Shown one piece after another: positions 1 through 9,482 of a stretch of 64,000 nt of DNA. Positions within the stretch are counted from its first letter, which is position 1. Each line of letters starts with the position of its first letter. The stretch spans positions 1,160-65,159 of the forward strand of contig JBAXET010000001.1 of assembly GCA_037140275.1 (NCBI GenBank), written 5' to 3'. This stretch comes from Ferruginibacter sp. Its GTDB lineage: Bacteria; Bacteroidota; Bacteroidia; Chitinophagales; Chitinophagaceae. Under the pieces are notes generated by a model. That model made no database searches. It saw only the letters and a program-made list of their open reading frames with translations, and had not been told where the DNA came from. Made by a program: the position numbers and the translations under genes.

Positions 1-230
1 GAAGTACGCAAATCTATTTCTACATAATCCGCTCCGGCAGTAATGGCATTTGAATAAGCAGCAATAGTATTTTCCTGGGCATTAGTATGATTGCCGCGAT
101 GTGCAATTACAACAAGCTTATTTTTGCTTTTAGGAATAGCAGCATGCTGACCATGCACATCTTGAAATACACAGCTAAGCAAGACATAAGAATATAGAAA
201 ATATGGAAGCTTATTTATTTTATTATTCAT
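1..230 (-). CDS. glycerophosphodiester phosphodiesterase (GDPD/GlpQ family), N-terminal part only; the gene runs off the left edge
   Basis: Reverse-strand ATG at 228-230 gives MNNKINKLPYFLYSYVLLSCVF (signal-like), then VVIAHRGNHTNAQENTIAAYSNAITAGADYVEIDLRT. This is the HRG...ENT...GAD.VE.D signature of GDPD enzymes. The ORF is absent from the ORF track because it is truncated. Confidence 0.7.
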   Translation of the reverse strand, partial: MNNKINKLPYFLYSYVLLSCVFQDVHGQHAAIPKSKNKLVVIAHRGNHTNAQENTIAAYSNAITAGADYVEIDLRT

Positions 231-402
231 TTTTTTAATTAAATAATTTATTCAATAATTAGATCAGTAATATTACTTTAACATATGGGTTAAAACGCTT
301 TGGTAAAACGGTTTAACATTAAGTTAATACCTGCATATATAAAATTCAGAATTAACACAGAGTTATATTGTTCCTTTGCAGATTAAATTTATTTAACCGT
401 TT

Positions 403-2871
403 ATGATGAAAGTATTGTGTACCGGCCTGTTATTGTTTTTATTTCATCAATCTTATTCACAGCAAACTGCTGAACTGGGAGGAAATTATAAAATCACAGG
501 AGCAATCACCGATTCTGTATCAAAACAGCCTGTTGAATATGCCACTATTTCAATAGTCAGTAATACTCTTCAAAAAACTATTGACGGTAGTATAAGTACA
601 AAAGCAGGTTTTTTTCAGCTGAAGAAAATACCAGCAGGGTGGTACACCATCACAATACAATGCATAGGGTATAATGATTTTTCAATAAAAATTAATTTGA
701 AAGGTGATGCAGTATTAACTAATCTGGCATTGACGAAAAAAGTGAGCACCATGCAGGGTATTACCGTAACAATTAATAAGGGAGTCATAGAAAATAAAAT
801 AGACAAAATCATTTTTAATGTAGATAAAGACATTACCTCACAAAGTGGTATGGCTACAGATGCATTAAAGAAAATTCCACAGGTATCGGTAGATGTAAGC
901 GGCAATGTGGAATTACTGGGCAATCCCAGTGTACGCTTTTTAATTAACGGAAAGCCCTCGGGCATTTTTGGCAACAGCCCTGCCGATGCATTGCAATCTA
1001 TTCCGGCCAGCCAGATACAGAGTATTGAAGTCATTACCAGTCCTACCGCAAAGTATGATGCCTCAGGTACCGGTGGCATCATCAATATCATCCTTAAAAA
1101 AAGTAAAGTAGAAGGCTTTAATGGAAATATAAACCTTGCTGCAGGCACAAGACTTGAAAATGCCAGTATCAGCAGCAGTCTTAAAAAAAATAATTTTGGA
1201 GTGAACGCTTATTTCAGCGGCAACTTACAATTAGTGTCAAAAACACCTGTTACTACAGATCGTTTGTCTGCAAATACAGGTGCCGGCAATTCAAGGCTGA
1301 TGCAGGAAAGTGAAACCGATTTCAGCAGAAACGGATATAAATCAGGATTTGGTTTTGACTGGAGCCCCTCAAAAAAAGATAACCTGAGCGGCTCCATAGG
1401 TTTTAATCATTTCGAAAACAGAAATACAGGCAATTACAATCAGAGTAGTATTACCTACAATGCTGCAGGAAGTCAAACAAGTATTATTAACAGCCTGCGG
1501 GCTGCAGACACAAAAGTATATGTGAATACCACCGATAATGAAATGTCGTATAAACGAAAATTCAATAAAGAACAACAGGAACTTGAATTTTTTTATACCG
1601 GCAGTTATTCTAATAATAATACTTTTTATAATCAGCATCAGCAATATCAAAATACTGGTGCCAATTTTGCAGGCTCAAACAGTTTAAACCCCGGCAAGGA
1701 AAATGAAACCGAGCTGGGCATTAATTATGCGCATCCTTTTGGAGAAGATATAGTACTGGAAACGGGAATAAAAACCGGAATAGAATCAATCATCAGCAGT
1801 GCAGATGTATATACTTTAAACACGGTATCTAATGAATATATAAGAGATCTAAAACAATCTTTTCAATCCAATTTTAAGCGAAATGTGTATGCCGCTTATG
1901 CATCACTATCTTTTCCTTTGTATAAAATATTTGACGTTAAGGCCGGGTTAAGGTATGAATACACTTCAAATAATGCTACGTATTCAAACGCTGCAAAAAC
2001 TGCCATTCCTGATTATAAGAATACAGCACCTTCAATTATTATATCACATTCTTTTAAGAATAATGAAATCCTGAAATTTGGATATTCTTACCGTTTAGAA
2101 AGGCCCGACTTCAGAGACCTGAATCCTTTCATGAATTTAAGTGACCCTCATAATATTACAACAGGCAACCCCAACTTGCAACCGGAGATAGGCCATATTT
2201 ATGAACTCACTTTTATTAAAACTTATAAAAAAGGAGCCAATATAAATGTGGTTGTATATACGCAGAGAAACAGTCCTGATATTAAACCTTATATCACTTA
2301 TTACCCTTCCTATAAAATCGGCGATTCATTATTTACAGATGTAACCATTACCACCAGAGCAACAATTGCAGCTGAGGTTAGATCCGGTCTCAATCTTTCT
2401 GTAACCATTCCGGTGAGTAAGCAATTATCATTACGATCCAATATATTGCTGTTTAACAGGCACCTTAATAATATTAATGATACTCCGGCAATAATAAATG
2501 GTTTGGGAATCAGATCCAACCTAAATGTCACGTATCAATTTTCAAAATCAATAGCTGCAGAAGCATTTGGGAATTATATGTCGGGAATGAAATGGCAGGG
2601 CAAAAGGCCTGCAGCATTTTCTTATACAATGGCCATAAGAAAACAATTTAAAAATACCAAGGGTAGTATAGGTTTTGTTGCGGTAAATCCATTCAACCAA
2701 TATATCAATCAAAAAACAGTACAGCAGGCAAAGGGATTTGTTACTAATACCTTTCAACAATTGCCTTACCGATCTTTTGGAATCAGCTTTGCCTATAAAT
2801 TTGGTAAATTAAAATTTAGTAAGCCTAAAGAATCTGACAATTATTTATATACCCCACCTTCTGAAAATTAA
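403..2871 (+). CDS. TonB-dependent outer-membrane receptor (carboxypeptidase-regulatory-like N-domain, plug and beta-barrel)
   Basis: Signal peptide MMKVLCTGLLLFLFHQSYSQQ. N-terminal YKITGAITDS..PVEYATISI CarbopepD_reg-like fold. Plug motifs (IPQVSVD, GGIINIILKK). Aromatic C-terminal beta-strand region. Confidence 0.8.
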   Translation: MMKVLCTGLLLFLFHQSYSQQTAELGGNYKITGAITDSVSKQPVEYATISIVSNTLQKTIDGSISTKAGFFQLKKIPAGWYTITIQCIGYNDFSIKINLKGDAVLTNLALTKKVSTMQGITVTINKGVIENKIDKIIFNVDKDITSQSGMATDALKKIPQVSVDVSGNVELLGNPSVRFLINGKPSGIFGNSPADALQSIPASQIQSIEVITSPTAKYDASGTGGIINIILKKSKVEGFNGNINLAAGTRLENASISSSLKKNNFGVNAYFSGNLQLVSKTPVTTDRLSANTGAGNSRLMQESETDFSRNGYKSGFGFDWSPSKKDNLSGSIGFNHFENRNTGNYNQSSITYNAAGSQTSIINSLRAADTKVYVNTTDNEMSYKRKFNKEQQELEFFYTGSYSNNNTFYNQHQQYQNTGANFAGSNSLNPGKENETELGINYAHPFGEDIVLETGIKTGIESIISSADVYTLNTVSNEYIRDLKQSFQSNFKRNVYAAYASLSFPLYKIFDVKAGLRYEYTSNNATYSNAAKTAIPDYKNTAPSIIISHSFKNNEILKFGYSYRLERPDFRDLNPFMNLSDPHNITTGNPNLQPEIGHIYELTFIKTYKKGANINVVVYTQRNSPDIKPYITYYPSYKIGDSLFTDVTITTRATIAAEVRSGLNLSVTIPVSKQLSLRSNILLFNRHLNNINDTPAIINGLGIRSNLNVTYQFSKSIAAEAFGNYMSGMKWQGKRPAAFSYTMAIRKQFKNTKGSIGFVAVNPFNQYINQKTVQQAKGFVTNTFQQLPYRSFGISFAYKFGKLKFSKPKESDNYLYTPPSEN

Positions 2872-2910
2872 AAGTAAATAATAGTACTAAGTACAAAATA
2901 TTGTATATAT

Positions 2911-2947
2911 AAAAAGCTGATCGCATTCTTTTGCGATCAGCTTTTTT
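2911..2947. terminator. bidirectional rho-independent terminator between convergent genes
   Basis: Perfect 11-bp stem AGCTGATCGCA (2915-2925) / TGCGATCAGCT (2932-2942) with loop TTCTTT. It is flanked by A5 on the left and T6 on the right, so a U-run follows the hairpin on both strands. Confidence 0.8.
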
Positions 2948-2958
2948 ATAGCGCTTCT

Positions 2959-4395
2959 TTATTTACTTATCTCAAACTTATCTAACTCCTTACCTCCAGC
3001 ATTTAACTGCCTTACGGTTATGTTTTTGCCATTCACATCTATTACTGTAAATGAGTGCTGGGTTGAAATGAATTTATTTGTAAATTTTTGCCAGCTATCA
3101 GTATCATTTTCCTGTTCAGGATTATATAAGCTTTGTCCGCCGGCGCCGGTTACAATATAAATAACACCTTTGGGATGGGTATTAGTTTTGCCATCAAAAG
3201 GCTTGTCCAATGTCCACCTTCCATTAACTACTCTGCCTCTTATGGTTTTATTATCCTTACCTCCTACCAATAAAGTGCCTTTTTTATCAGGGGCAAAAAA
3301 CATGGGGTAAGAGCGTTGATAATTGTGTACATGGCCGGTAAGAACAACATCAACTTTGCCTTTTTCAAAAACCGGTGCCAGTAAGCGCATTTGCTGTTGT
3401 TCAAAATGATCAACAGAAGAACTAAATCCCGGATGATGGTAAATTACAAAACGCCATACAGCATCTTTAGCATCTGCAAGGTCTTTAGCCACCCAATCCG
3501 TTAATTCTTTATCGGTCCAGTCAACATAAGTATCTGCATCTAGCACGGTATAATGAGCATTACCATAGTTAAACGAAAAATTGGTCATGCGTGGATAACG
3601 CTCGGCAGCTCCATCTAAAAAGGCTTTTTTATTTACCTCTGATCCCTTTAGCATTGGCACATATGCACCACCTTCTTTACCAATAGGACCATTCAATGGC
3701 TGATCCCAAAATAAGTAATACGCTAGTGCATCAGGATACTTATCAAGATCACGGGTATCTGCATCATGATTTCCAACTGCTGCAATAAATGGAACAGAAC
3801 GCATTAATGGCACACCAATACTATCTACTTTATCTGAATTGTATATCGGCCAAAATTTTGTCTTATATTCCGAAGCCAGCCCATAATCATAAACGATATC
3901 ACCGGAAATAGTTACAAAATCAGGATGGGCAGCATACATGCCATTGGCAATTTGCCTGGCTTCTGCTGTTCCTGCGCCCATATCTCCAGATGCCACAAAC
4001 CTGAAAGGTTGGTCAGCAGATTTTGGTGCTGTTGCCTGTGCAGTAAAAACTTCTTTGTTATTTTTTAATACTCTGTAGGTAAATGTATTTCCTGCTGTTA
4101 ATTGTTTTAATGTGGTCTGATATACGGCGTATGGATTGGCACCTGCAATATTTATTGCAGTAGCTGCCGGTTTTTCTGATTTTATCCATTTTGTATTCTC
4201 AATGGTTTTATACTCTACCTGCCAGTTGGCTGTTGAATCTGCCGCATGCCATAATAATTGCAACGATTGAACAATAGTGGCATTGCCAATTTGCAAATAA
4301 GGACTTGTAATAAAAATATCTTTAGCTGTACCTGTTTGAGCAAAAGTTGTATAACAACAAAGGATGCATAAGGCAATTAGTAATTTATTTCTCAT
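2959..4395 (-). CDS. purple acid phosphatase-like metallophosphoesterase (exported)
   Basis: Signal peptide MRNKLLIALCILCCYTTFAQT. All five PAP blocks are present: GDMG, GDIVYDYG, GNHD, VIYHHP and GHVHNYQR. There is an N-terminal FN3-like PAP domain. Confidence 0.8.
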   Translation of the reverse strand: MRNKLLIALCILCCYTTFAQTGTAKDIFITSPYLQIGNATIVQSLQLLWHAADSTANWQVEYKTIENTKWIKSEKPAATAINIAGANPYAVYQTTLKQLTAGNTFTYRVLKNNKEVFTAQATAPKSADQPFRFVASGDMGAGTAEARQIANGMYAAHPDFVTISGDIVYDYGLASEYKTKFWPIYNSDKVDSIGVPLMRSVPFIAAVGNHDADTRDLDKYPDALAYYLFWDQPLNGPIGKEGGAYVPMLKGSEVNKKAFLDGAAERYPRMTNFSFNYGNAHYTVLDADTYVDWTDKELTDWVAKDLADAKDAVWRFVIYHHPGFSSSVDHFEQQQMRLLAPVFEKGKVDVVLTGHVHNYQRSYPMFFAPDKKGTLLVGGKDNKTIRGRVVNGRWTLDKPFDGKTNTHPKGVIYIVTGAGGQSLYNPEQENDTDSWQKFTNKFISTQHSFTVIDVNGKNITVRQLNAGGKELDKFEISK

Positions 4396-4931
4396 TTTTT
4401 AGATTGTTTTATTTGTTTGGGTTTATACCACATCCAAAATCCGCTTAAAGTAAGGAACAGTAAAGCTAGCCCCATTATACTTGAATATATTTTTTTTGAT
4501 AGCCCCAATTTGTTGGTCAGCCAGCCATCCACTATTGCTCCATCATGAATATCCTGGATCAGACTGCCATTTTTTTGTTCAATATGAATGGTGTTGCCGG
4601 TTTCCCCGTCTACCTGAATATTGAAATAATTCTTAAATGAAAAATTGATATAGCCCTTGGCAGGTTTCAACTGAATATTTTCTGCGTATTTAAAATGATT
4701 GTTTGTTTTTTCATTAATTGATCTAACAGCCATTGATTCCAATGAATCTAATGGCAACCATTTTTGCAATGAAGTACTTGCAGTAATTTTATTATCGAAG
4801 ATTACAGTAGTGAAAACAGCTTTCCAGGCCAGCATCACAGCGGTGATAGAAATAAAAAAGAAAAAAATGAAAAGTACAGATGCAATTTTTCTGTGCCATA
4901 CCCTGGATTGAAGTAATATTGATTTTGACAT
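4392..4931 (-). CDS. PepSY-type small membrane protein
   Basis: The start is moved to the internal Met (MSKSILLQSRVWHRKIASVLFIFFFFISITAVMLAW), because the longer ORF overlaps the upstream gene. Topology is TM, soluble domain, TM, typical of PepSY-associated TM proteins. Its stop overlaps the downstream PAP start in an ATGA overlap at 4392-4395. Confidence 0.55.
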   Translation of the reverse strand: MSKSILLQSRVWHRKIASVLFIFFFFISITAVMLAWKAVFTTVIFDNKITASTSLQKWLPLDSLESMAVRSINEKTNNHFKYAENIQLKPAKGYINFSFKNYFNIQVDGETGNTIHIEQKNGSLIQDIHDGAIVDGWLTNKLGLSKKIYSSIMGLALLFLTLSGFWMWYKPKQIKQSKK

Positions 4932-4998
4932 GCTTGTATTTTTATTAAAAAAGGTACCACTAACCATAGTGATACCTTTACTTTTTGCTCTGCAATTA

Positions 4999-6417
4999 TT
5001 AATGTTGATTTCCTCTACCATTACTCTGATAACAACCGATATCCTTACCTGGTGCGGTAATTTCAGAAGCACCATATTTAATGTCCTGAGGCACATCAGC
5101 CCTTGGCGTAAATCCTGTAAAGCCAACGCCGATACATGGCGAATTTGCTTTAAGCGCAAAATTATAAGTACCTACCACAGAAATATCTCTTAGCATCAAA
5201 CCCGTAGGCAATGGAACAGGTGCATTTACAAATTGTGGATTATTAGCACCTACTAAAGTTGAAGGTGCGGTATATACATCACCTACTTTCCAACCTACAG
5301 GTAAATATGTAGACGCTTTAGGAAAATCTGTTTCCTGTGGCTGACTGATTGCAGTACTTACCGATAAAGATGGAATGAACTGGCTGGCAATAGCAGCAGA
5401 ATCTGCATAATACCAGTTATAGCCATAACGTATATTGGCAGTATCAGCAATTGGATTATTAACAATACGTAACCCAAATTTACAGTTCACAATTAAATTA
5501 TTATAAGCCATACCACCTGCACCTTCTTCAAAATTGATAGAACCGCCACGACCAGCAGCTGCTCTTCTGTAACCGCAGTTAATAATGGTGTTATTATACA
5601 TTCTTACATTAGAACTTGTTGCTCCAATAGCCACATTTACATTGGACAATTTAGGGCCATTAGTAGCCATACCTACAATAAGGTTATAAGCAAAATCACC
5701 AATGGTACCTGCTTTTGCATTCATAGCTTCACCACCTGTATAGCCGCATTTTTCAAATGTATTTCTCATTACATGAATTTTACCGCCGTTAATTCTCCAG
5801 GGATCATCCACACTTCCGTAAATCCATGAATCTTCCAGAACAAAAATACCGTTGGGATTGGCAAAGTACAATGGATATGTACTTGCACCGCTGGTAAAAG
5901 TTTTTAATGCCGCACTTATTGCAGCACCACCAAATTCAACATGTGTCCATTTAAATACCATATATTTTGCAGAAGGTGCGCCTATAATACCTGTCCACTT
6001 TCCTTTTAATGCCGGATCAGTATTAGGGTCTGCGCCTAGTTGATCGGTTTTAGTCACACCGGGGTAAGTGATCCATATTGGAGCATCTTTGGTTCCCAAG
6101 CAAAATAAGGAACCCTGAATACCTAAACCACATGGGGCATTCGTTCCTGCAGTTGTATTTAAACCAAAATTTAAACGTACCCCTTCCTGTATGGTTAAAG
6201 TATCTCCGGCATTTACATAAATATCGCCGCAAACGGTATAGGTTTTTCCTGCCAGCATAGTTCCTTTAATGGCGCCGCTTAAGCAAGCCGCATCACTGAT
6301 AGGAGATGCAATTGGAATTTCTGCTTTCCAAAGATCTTTGTTGTCTTTTAATTTTTTACATGAGCCCAGCAATACTATAATTGCTACAGCGCCAAGTAAT
6401 AAAAAATTCTTTTTCAT
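4999..6417 (-). CDS. surface lipoprotein with right-handed parallel beta-helix repeats, unknown function
   Basis: Lipobox LLGSC. Repeated PbH1-like turns (MRNTFEKCGY, YNLIVGMATNG, YNNTIINCGY, YNNLIVNCKFG). It starts 20 nt downstream of a TonB receptor gene. Confidence 0.5.
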   Translation of the reverse strand: MKKNFLLLGAVAIIVLLGSCKKLKDNKDLWKAEIPIASPISDAACLSGAIKGTMLAGKTYTVCGDIYVNAGDTLTIQEGVRLNFGLNTTAGTNAPCGLGIQGSLFCLGTKDAPIWITYPGVTKTDQLGADPNTDPALKGKWTGIIGAPSAKYMVFKWTHVEFGGAAISAALKTFTSGASTYPLYFANPNGIFVLEDSWIYGSVDDPWRINGGKIHVMRNTFEKCGYTGGEAMNAKAGTIGDFAYNLIVGMATNGPKLSNVNVAIGATSSNVRMYNNTIINCGYRRAAAGRGGSINFEEGAGGMAYNNLIVNCKFGLRIVNNPIADTANIRYGYNWYYADSAAIASQFIPSLSVSTAISQPQETDFPKASTYLPVGWKVGDVYTAPSTLVGANNPQFVNAPVPLPTGLMLRDISVVGTYNFALKANSPCIGVGFTGFTPRADVPQDIKYGASEITAPGKDIGCYQSNGRGNQH

Positions 6418-6437
6418 ATTTTTAAATTGAATGATGA

Positions 6438-9200
6438 TTAAAATTTATAGCGCAGCCCAAATAAATAAGATGTTTTGTAATAGTCCTTCTGAATAATGAT
6501 CTTGTTATCAGCATCAGATTGTAAGGCCAGCGCCCTTGATCCACTCGATTGTAAATAGGTGTTGTAAGACTGATGTAATGACAATTCATAAGGTGCATTG
6601 GTAATATTATTGATCTTACCATAGAAGGTCAGTTTCTTTACAATCCTTTTTTCAAATGAAAAATCTAACTGTGTAGTGGGTGCCTGCCAGTAGTGTAAAC
6701 CGTAGTAAGGACTGATATAAGAAATTCTTTCTCCTGTGTATACCAGTGCAGTCTGTATATCTAAACCAATTGTAGGATTTTTATAAATCAGCGATACATT
6801 ACCTATATGATTTGACTGACCCTGTAAAGGCCTTGTTTCTGACACATATTTTAATTGTCTGGTAACCGCATCAGACAAAATCATACTGTCGTTAGTGATA
6901 CTAGATTTTGTATACGTGTAATTGGCAGAGATACCGAATGAACCAAAATATTTTGTAACCACAGCTTCAAAACCGTAGTTGGTAGCATTACCAATATTTA
7001 CCGGAGTCAGGTATAAGCTATTGCCATTAAATGTTTTTTTAGAAGATATTTCAATCGGGTCTTCTATTCTTTTATAAAATACACCCAATAAAATCTGGTC
7101 GGCAGTCTTTGAATACAATTCATACCTCAAATCCAAATTATCAGCATAAGTATGTTTTAAGTTGATAGGATCGCCTTTCTCCTGAAAAAATTCACCATCA
7201 GGTCCATCAGGTATCAGTTCAGCAAAGCCTGGTCTTGCCAGTGCCTGATAATAGGCCAACCTTAAAACTTGATTTTTACCAATAGCATATTTAAATTGCA
7301 AGCTTGGCAATACATCAGTATAATTAATTACACCCGATTTTGCATTTACATCTTTACCCAATGCAGTTTCATATTGCTGGTTGGTATATTCAACTCTTAC
7401 TCCTCCTAAAGCTTCCAGTTTTTTACTGAGCTGTATTTTTCCCTGGATATAAGCAGCACTTATTTTTTCTTTAAAAGTATAGTTGTTACCACTTACACTT
7501 GGCACTCCACCACCAGTATTAAAAATAAATACGGCACTGTTGATATTGCTGTACACTTCATTCAGTGTAGGGCTTAAGCTGTATGCATTGTAAAAATTAT
7601 CTCTGTCTTTGCTTCTTAACAATCCCCCAACTTTAATCTCAAGTGCTTTTGTAAATACACTCATGTTTTTGGTAAGATTAGCATAAGCTGAATAATCTTT
7701 ATCACTATTATGTGCCCATATGCGGCTCATCGATTGTAATTTATCAGCAGTTAATGAAGTACTTACAATAGCATATTGATGAGAAAATTGTGCCTGATCC
7801 GGAATATGATTATTCGCAATAGAATATGCTGCACTCCAGTCGAATTTTAAAGAAGAAGAAAGCTGATGAATACCCTGTAATGTGGAGTTATAAATAGACT
7901 GGTACTGCCAGGTGCTTCTTTGAGATGCAGTAACTAATGAATTCAATGCAACTGTATCAAAAATAGTACGTGACTGCAAATCATCCAAACGAACAAATGT
8001 ATTGGTCAAAGAAATTTTATTGCGTGTATTGATCTGGTAATCCAGCTTACCATTTAAGCCTAAACGCTCACTTTGAGAGGAGTACTTACGGAATTGCAAA
8101 TCAGAAAACAAGGGAATATTACCAAAACCCGGCTGTGAGTTAGGTAAGAAGAAATTTGAAGTAGTACCGCGGTACATATTCTGATAACTGCCGGATACAA
8201 TAAAACCAAATTTCTTATCCTTTCCAAAACGATTGCCAAAAGTTAACCCTAAAGTTGAATTTACAGGAAAATTTTTACTGCTGTAATTCAGATGTGCATT
8301 TGAAAAATCTGCAGGTACTGCATTATAAGTATTGCCATTGATTTCGGCAGGTGATTTTTTACTGATGGTTCCTTTATCAAATTTTTGATAGGTTTGATCA
8401 CTCAAGATATTATTGTACCCAAGCGCAAAATTTGCCTGAAACAATTTAGTACGGGGCGCATCTTTCATCACCAGATTAATAGTTCCTCCAATAGCATCAC
8501 CTTCCATTGATGGGGTTAAACTTTTACCTACTTCCAGTCTTTCTAATAATTCAGAAGGAAAAAGGTCCAGGGGAATAAAACGGTTCTTATTATCCGGACT
8601 TGGAATTTTAATGCCATTCACCAATGTGTTGATGTATCTTTTTTCCATACCTCTGATAATAGGGTAACGGCCTTCACCTGAACTGCTTTTTTCGATAGTA
8701 ACACCACTCACCCTTTGCATGGCATTGGCTACAGTGATATCAGGCAGTAACTGCAAGGTTTTTGAAGATAGAATATTTAATACCGGATCAGCCATTTTCT
8801 CCAAACGTCTTGCACCTTTGTCATCTTTAGCGGCAACCGAAGAAATGGTGATAGAAGAAAGATCCAGTGTGTTTGGTTCAGCAGTAATGTTTACAACAGT
8901 AACTCCTGTAGCTGCTACAGCCACTGTTGTATCTATATTGGTTTTATATCCCTGGAAGCTGATTTTAATAGTATACGTGCCGGGATTAAGTTTTGTAAAG
9001 CTGAAACTGCCATCGAGCTTAACAATTGAACCAAAGGAGGTTCCTTCCAGCTTTACTACCGCACCTACTAATGGCTCGCCGGTATTAACATCAACTACTT
9101 TTCCTTTAAGAGTTTGTGAAATCGCCGGTATTGATATTGAAAGAATAAAAATAAAAAGCAAAGCATGCTTTTTCAGATTGCTGCAAAATTTCATAATCAT
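6438..9200 (-). CDS. TonB-dependent receptor (CarbopepD_reg, plug and barrel)
   Basis: The start is set at MIMKFCSNLKKHALLFIFILSISIPAISQ (ATG at 9200). Contains LKGKVVDVNTGEPLVGAVV, plug motifs (GRYPIIRGM, GGTINLVMKD) and a terminal aromatic residue (...LRYKF). Confidence 0.8.
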   Translation of the reverse strand: MIMKFCSNLKKHALLFIFILSISIPAISQTLKGKVVDVNTGEPLVGAVVKLEGTSFGSIVKLDGSFSFTKLNPGTYTIKISFQGYKTNIDTTVAVAATGVTVVNITAEPNTLDLSSITISSVAAKDDKGARRLEKMADPVLNILSSKTLQLLPDITVANAMQRVSGVTIEKSSSGEGRYPIIRGMEKRYINTLVNGIKIPSPDNKNRFIPLDLFPSELLERLEVGKSLTPSMEGDAIGGTINLVMKDAPRTKLFQANFALGYNNILSDQTYQKFDKGTISKKSPAEINGNTYNAVPADFSNAHLNYSSKNFPVNSTLGLTFGNRFGKDKKFGFIVSGSYQNMYRGTTSNFFLPNSQPGFGNIPLFSDLQFRKYSSQSERLGLNGKLDYQINTRNKISLTNTFVRLDDLQSRTIFDTVALNSLVTASQRSTWQYQSIYNSTLQGIHQLSSSLKFDWSAAYSIANNHIPDQAQFSHQYAIVSTSLTADKLQSMSRIWAHNSDKDYSAYANLTKNMSVFTKALEIKVGGLLRSKDRDNFYNAYSLSPTLNEVYSNINSAVFIFNTGGGVPSVSGNNYTFKEKISAAYIQGKIQLSKKLEALGGVRVEYTNQQYETALGKDVNAKSGVINYTDVLPSLQFKYAIGKNQVLRLAYYQALARPGFAELIPDGPDGEFFQEKGDPINLKHTYADNLDLRYELYSKTADQILLGVFYKRIEDPIEISSKKTFNGNSLYLTPVNIGNATNYGFEAVVTKYFGSFGISANYTYTKSSITNDSMILSDAVTRQLKYVSETRPLQGQSNHIGNVSLIYKNPTIGLDIQTALVYTGERISYISPYYGLHYWQAPTTQLDFSFEKRIVKKLTFYGKINNITNAPYELSLHQSYNTYLQSSGSRALALQSDADNKIIIQKDYYKTSYLFGLRYKF

Positions 9201-9482
9201 TTTGTTTTGGAAAACGAAGTTGCAATTATAAAAAGCAGTAAAAGACAATAGGATGATTATTGACAATTAGATAACTATTACATAACAGAGACTTAAGCTT
9301 AGGATAACAATTTGTTTATATTGCTTTAGTTACTTTACTTATCCTTATAATAATATTTATGTAAAACTAAAATCAGGTACAATGAAAAGCATCCAATTTT
9401 TCTTCATTGAATTATTTATTCGCATTTTCCTTTTTCGTATTTCTTTTTTTAGTTCGCCATTTAAGTTTTTGAAAGTTGGTTA

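Noticed and set aside
231-402. Search for E. coli-type Pho boxes (CTGTCAT direct repeats), Bacteroidota TAnnTTTG -7 promoter elements, riboswitch-like structures and tRNA-like T-loops in the larger intergenic regions (231-402, 9201-9482, 15988-16202, 21004-21226, 31060-31358, 38689-38854, 43141-43346)
   Set aside because: I saw no CTGTCAT repeats and no convincing TAnnTTTG match at a sensible distance. There were no conserved riboswitch cores or GTTCGA-type T-loops. Only the short palindromes and repeats already reported as a low-confidence finding were present.
615-1148. Long antisense ORFs in the six-frame track, for example 615-1148(-), 8719-9231(+), 17901-18395(+), 39103-39528(-), 50014-50403(+), 52838-53167(+), 63642-63953(+)
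   Set aside because: Each lies entirely inside, and antisense to, a much longer ORF with clear family motifs. Their translations are low-complexity and motif-free. They are typical shadow ORFs in AT-rich coding DNA.
4932-5159. N-terminal extensions of several track ORFs: 4932-5159, 9201-9266, 45464-45520, 47492-47536 and 47958-47978
   Set aside because: The extensions overlap the upstream gene or lack any signal or fold features. An internal Met is immediately followed by a signal peptide or the conserved N-terminus of the family. I therefore annotated the shorter forms.
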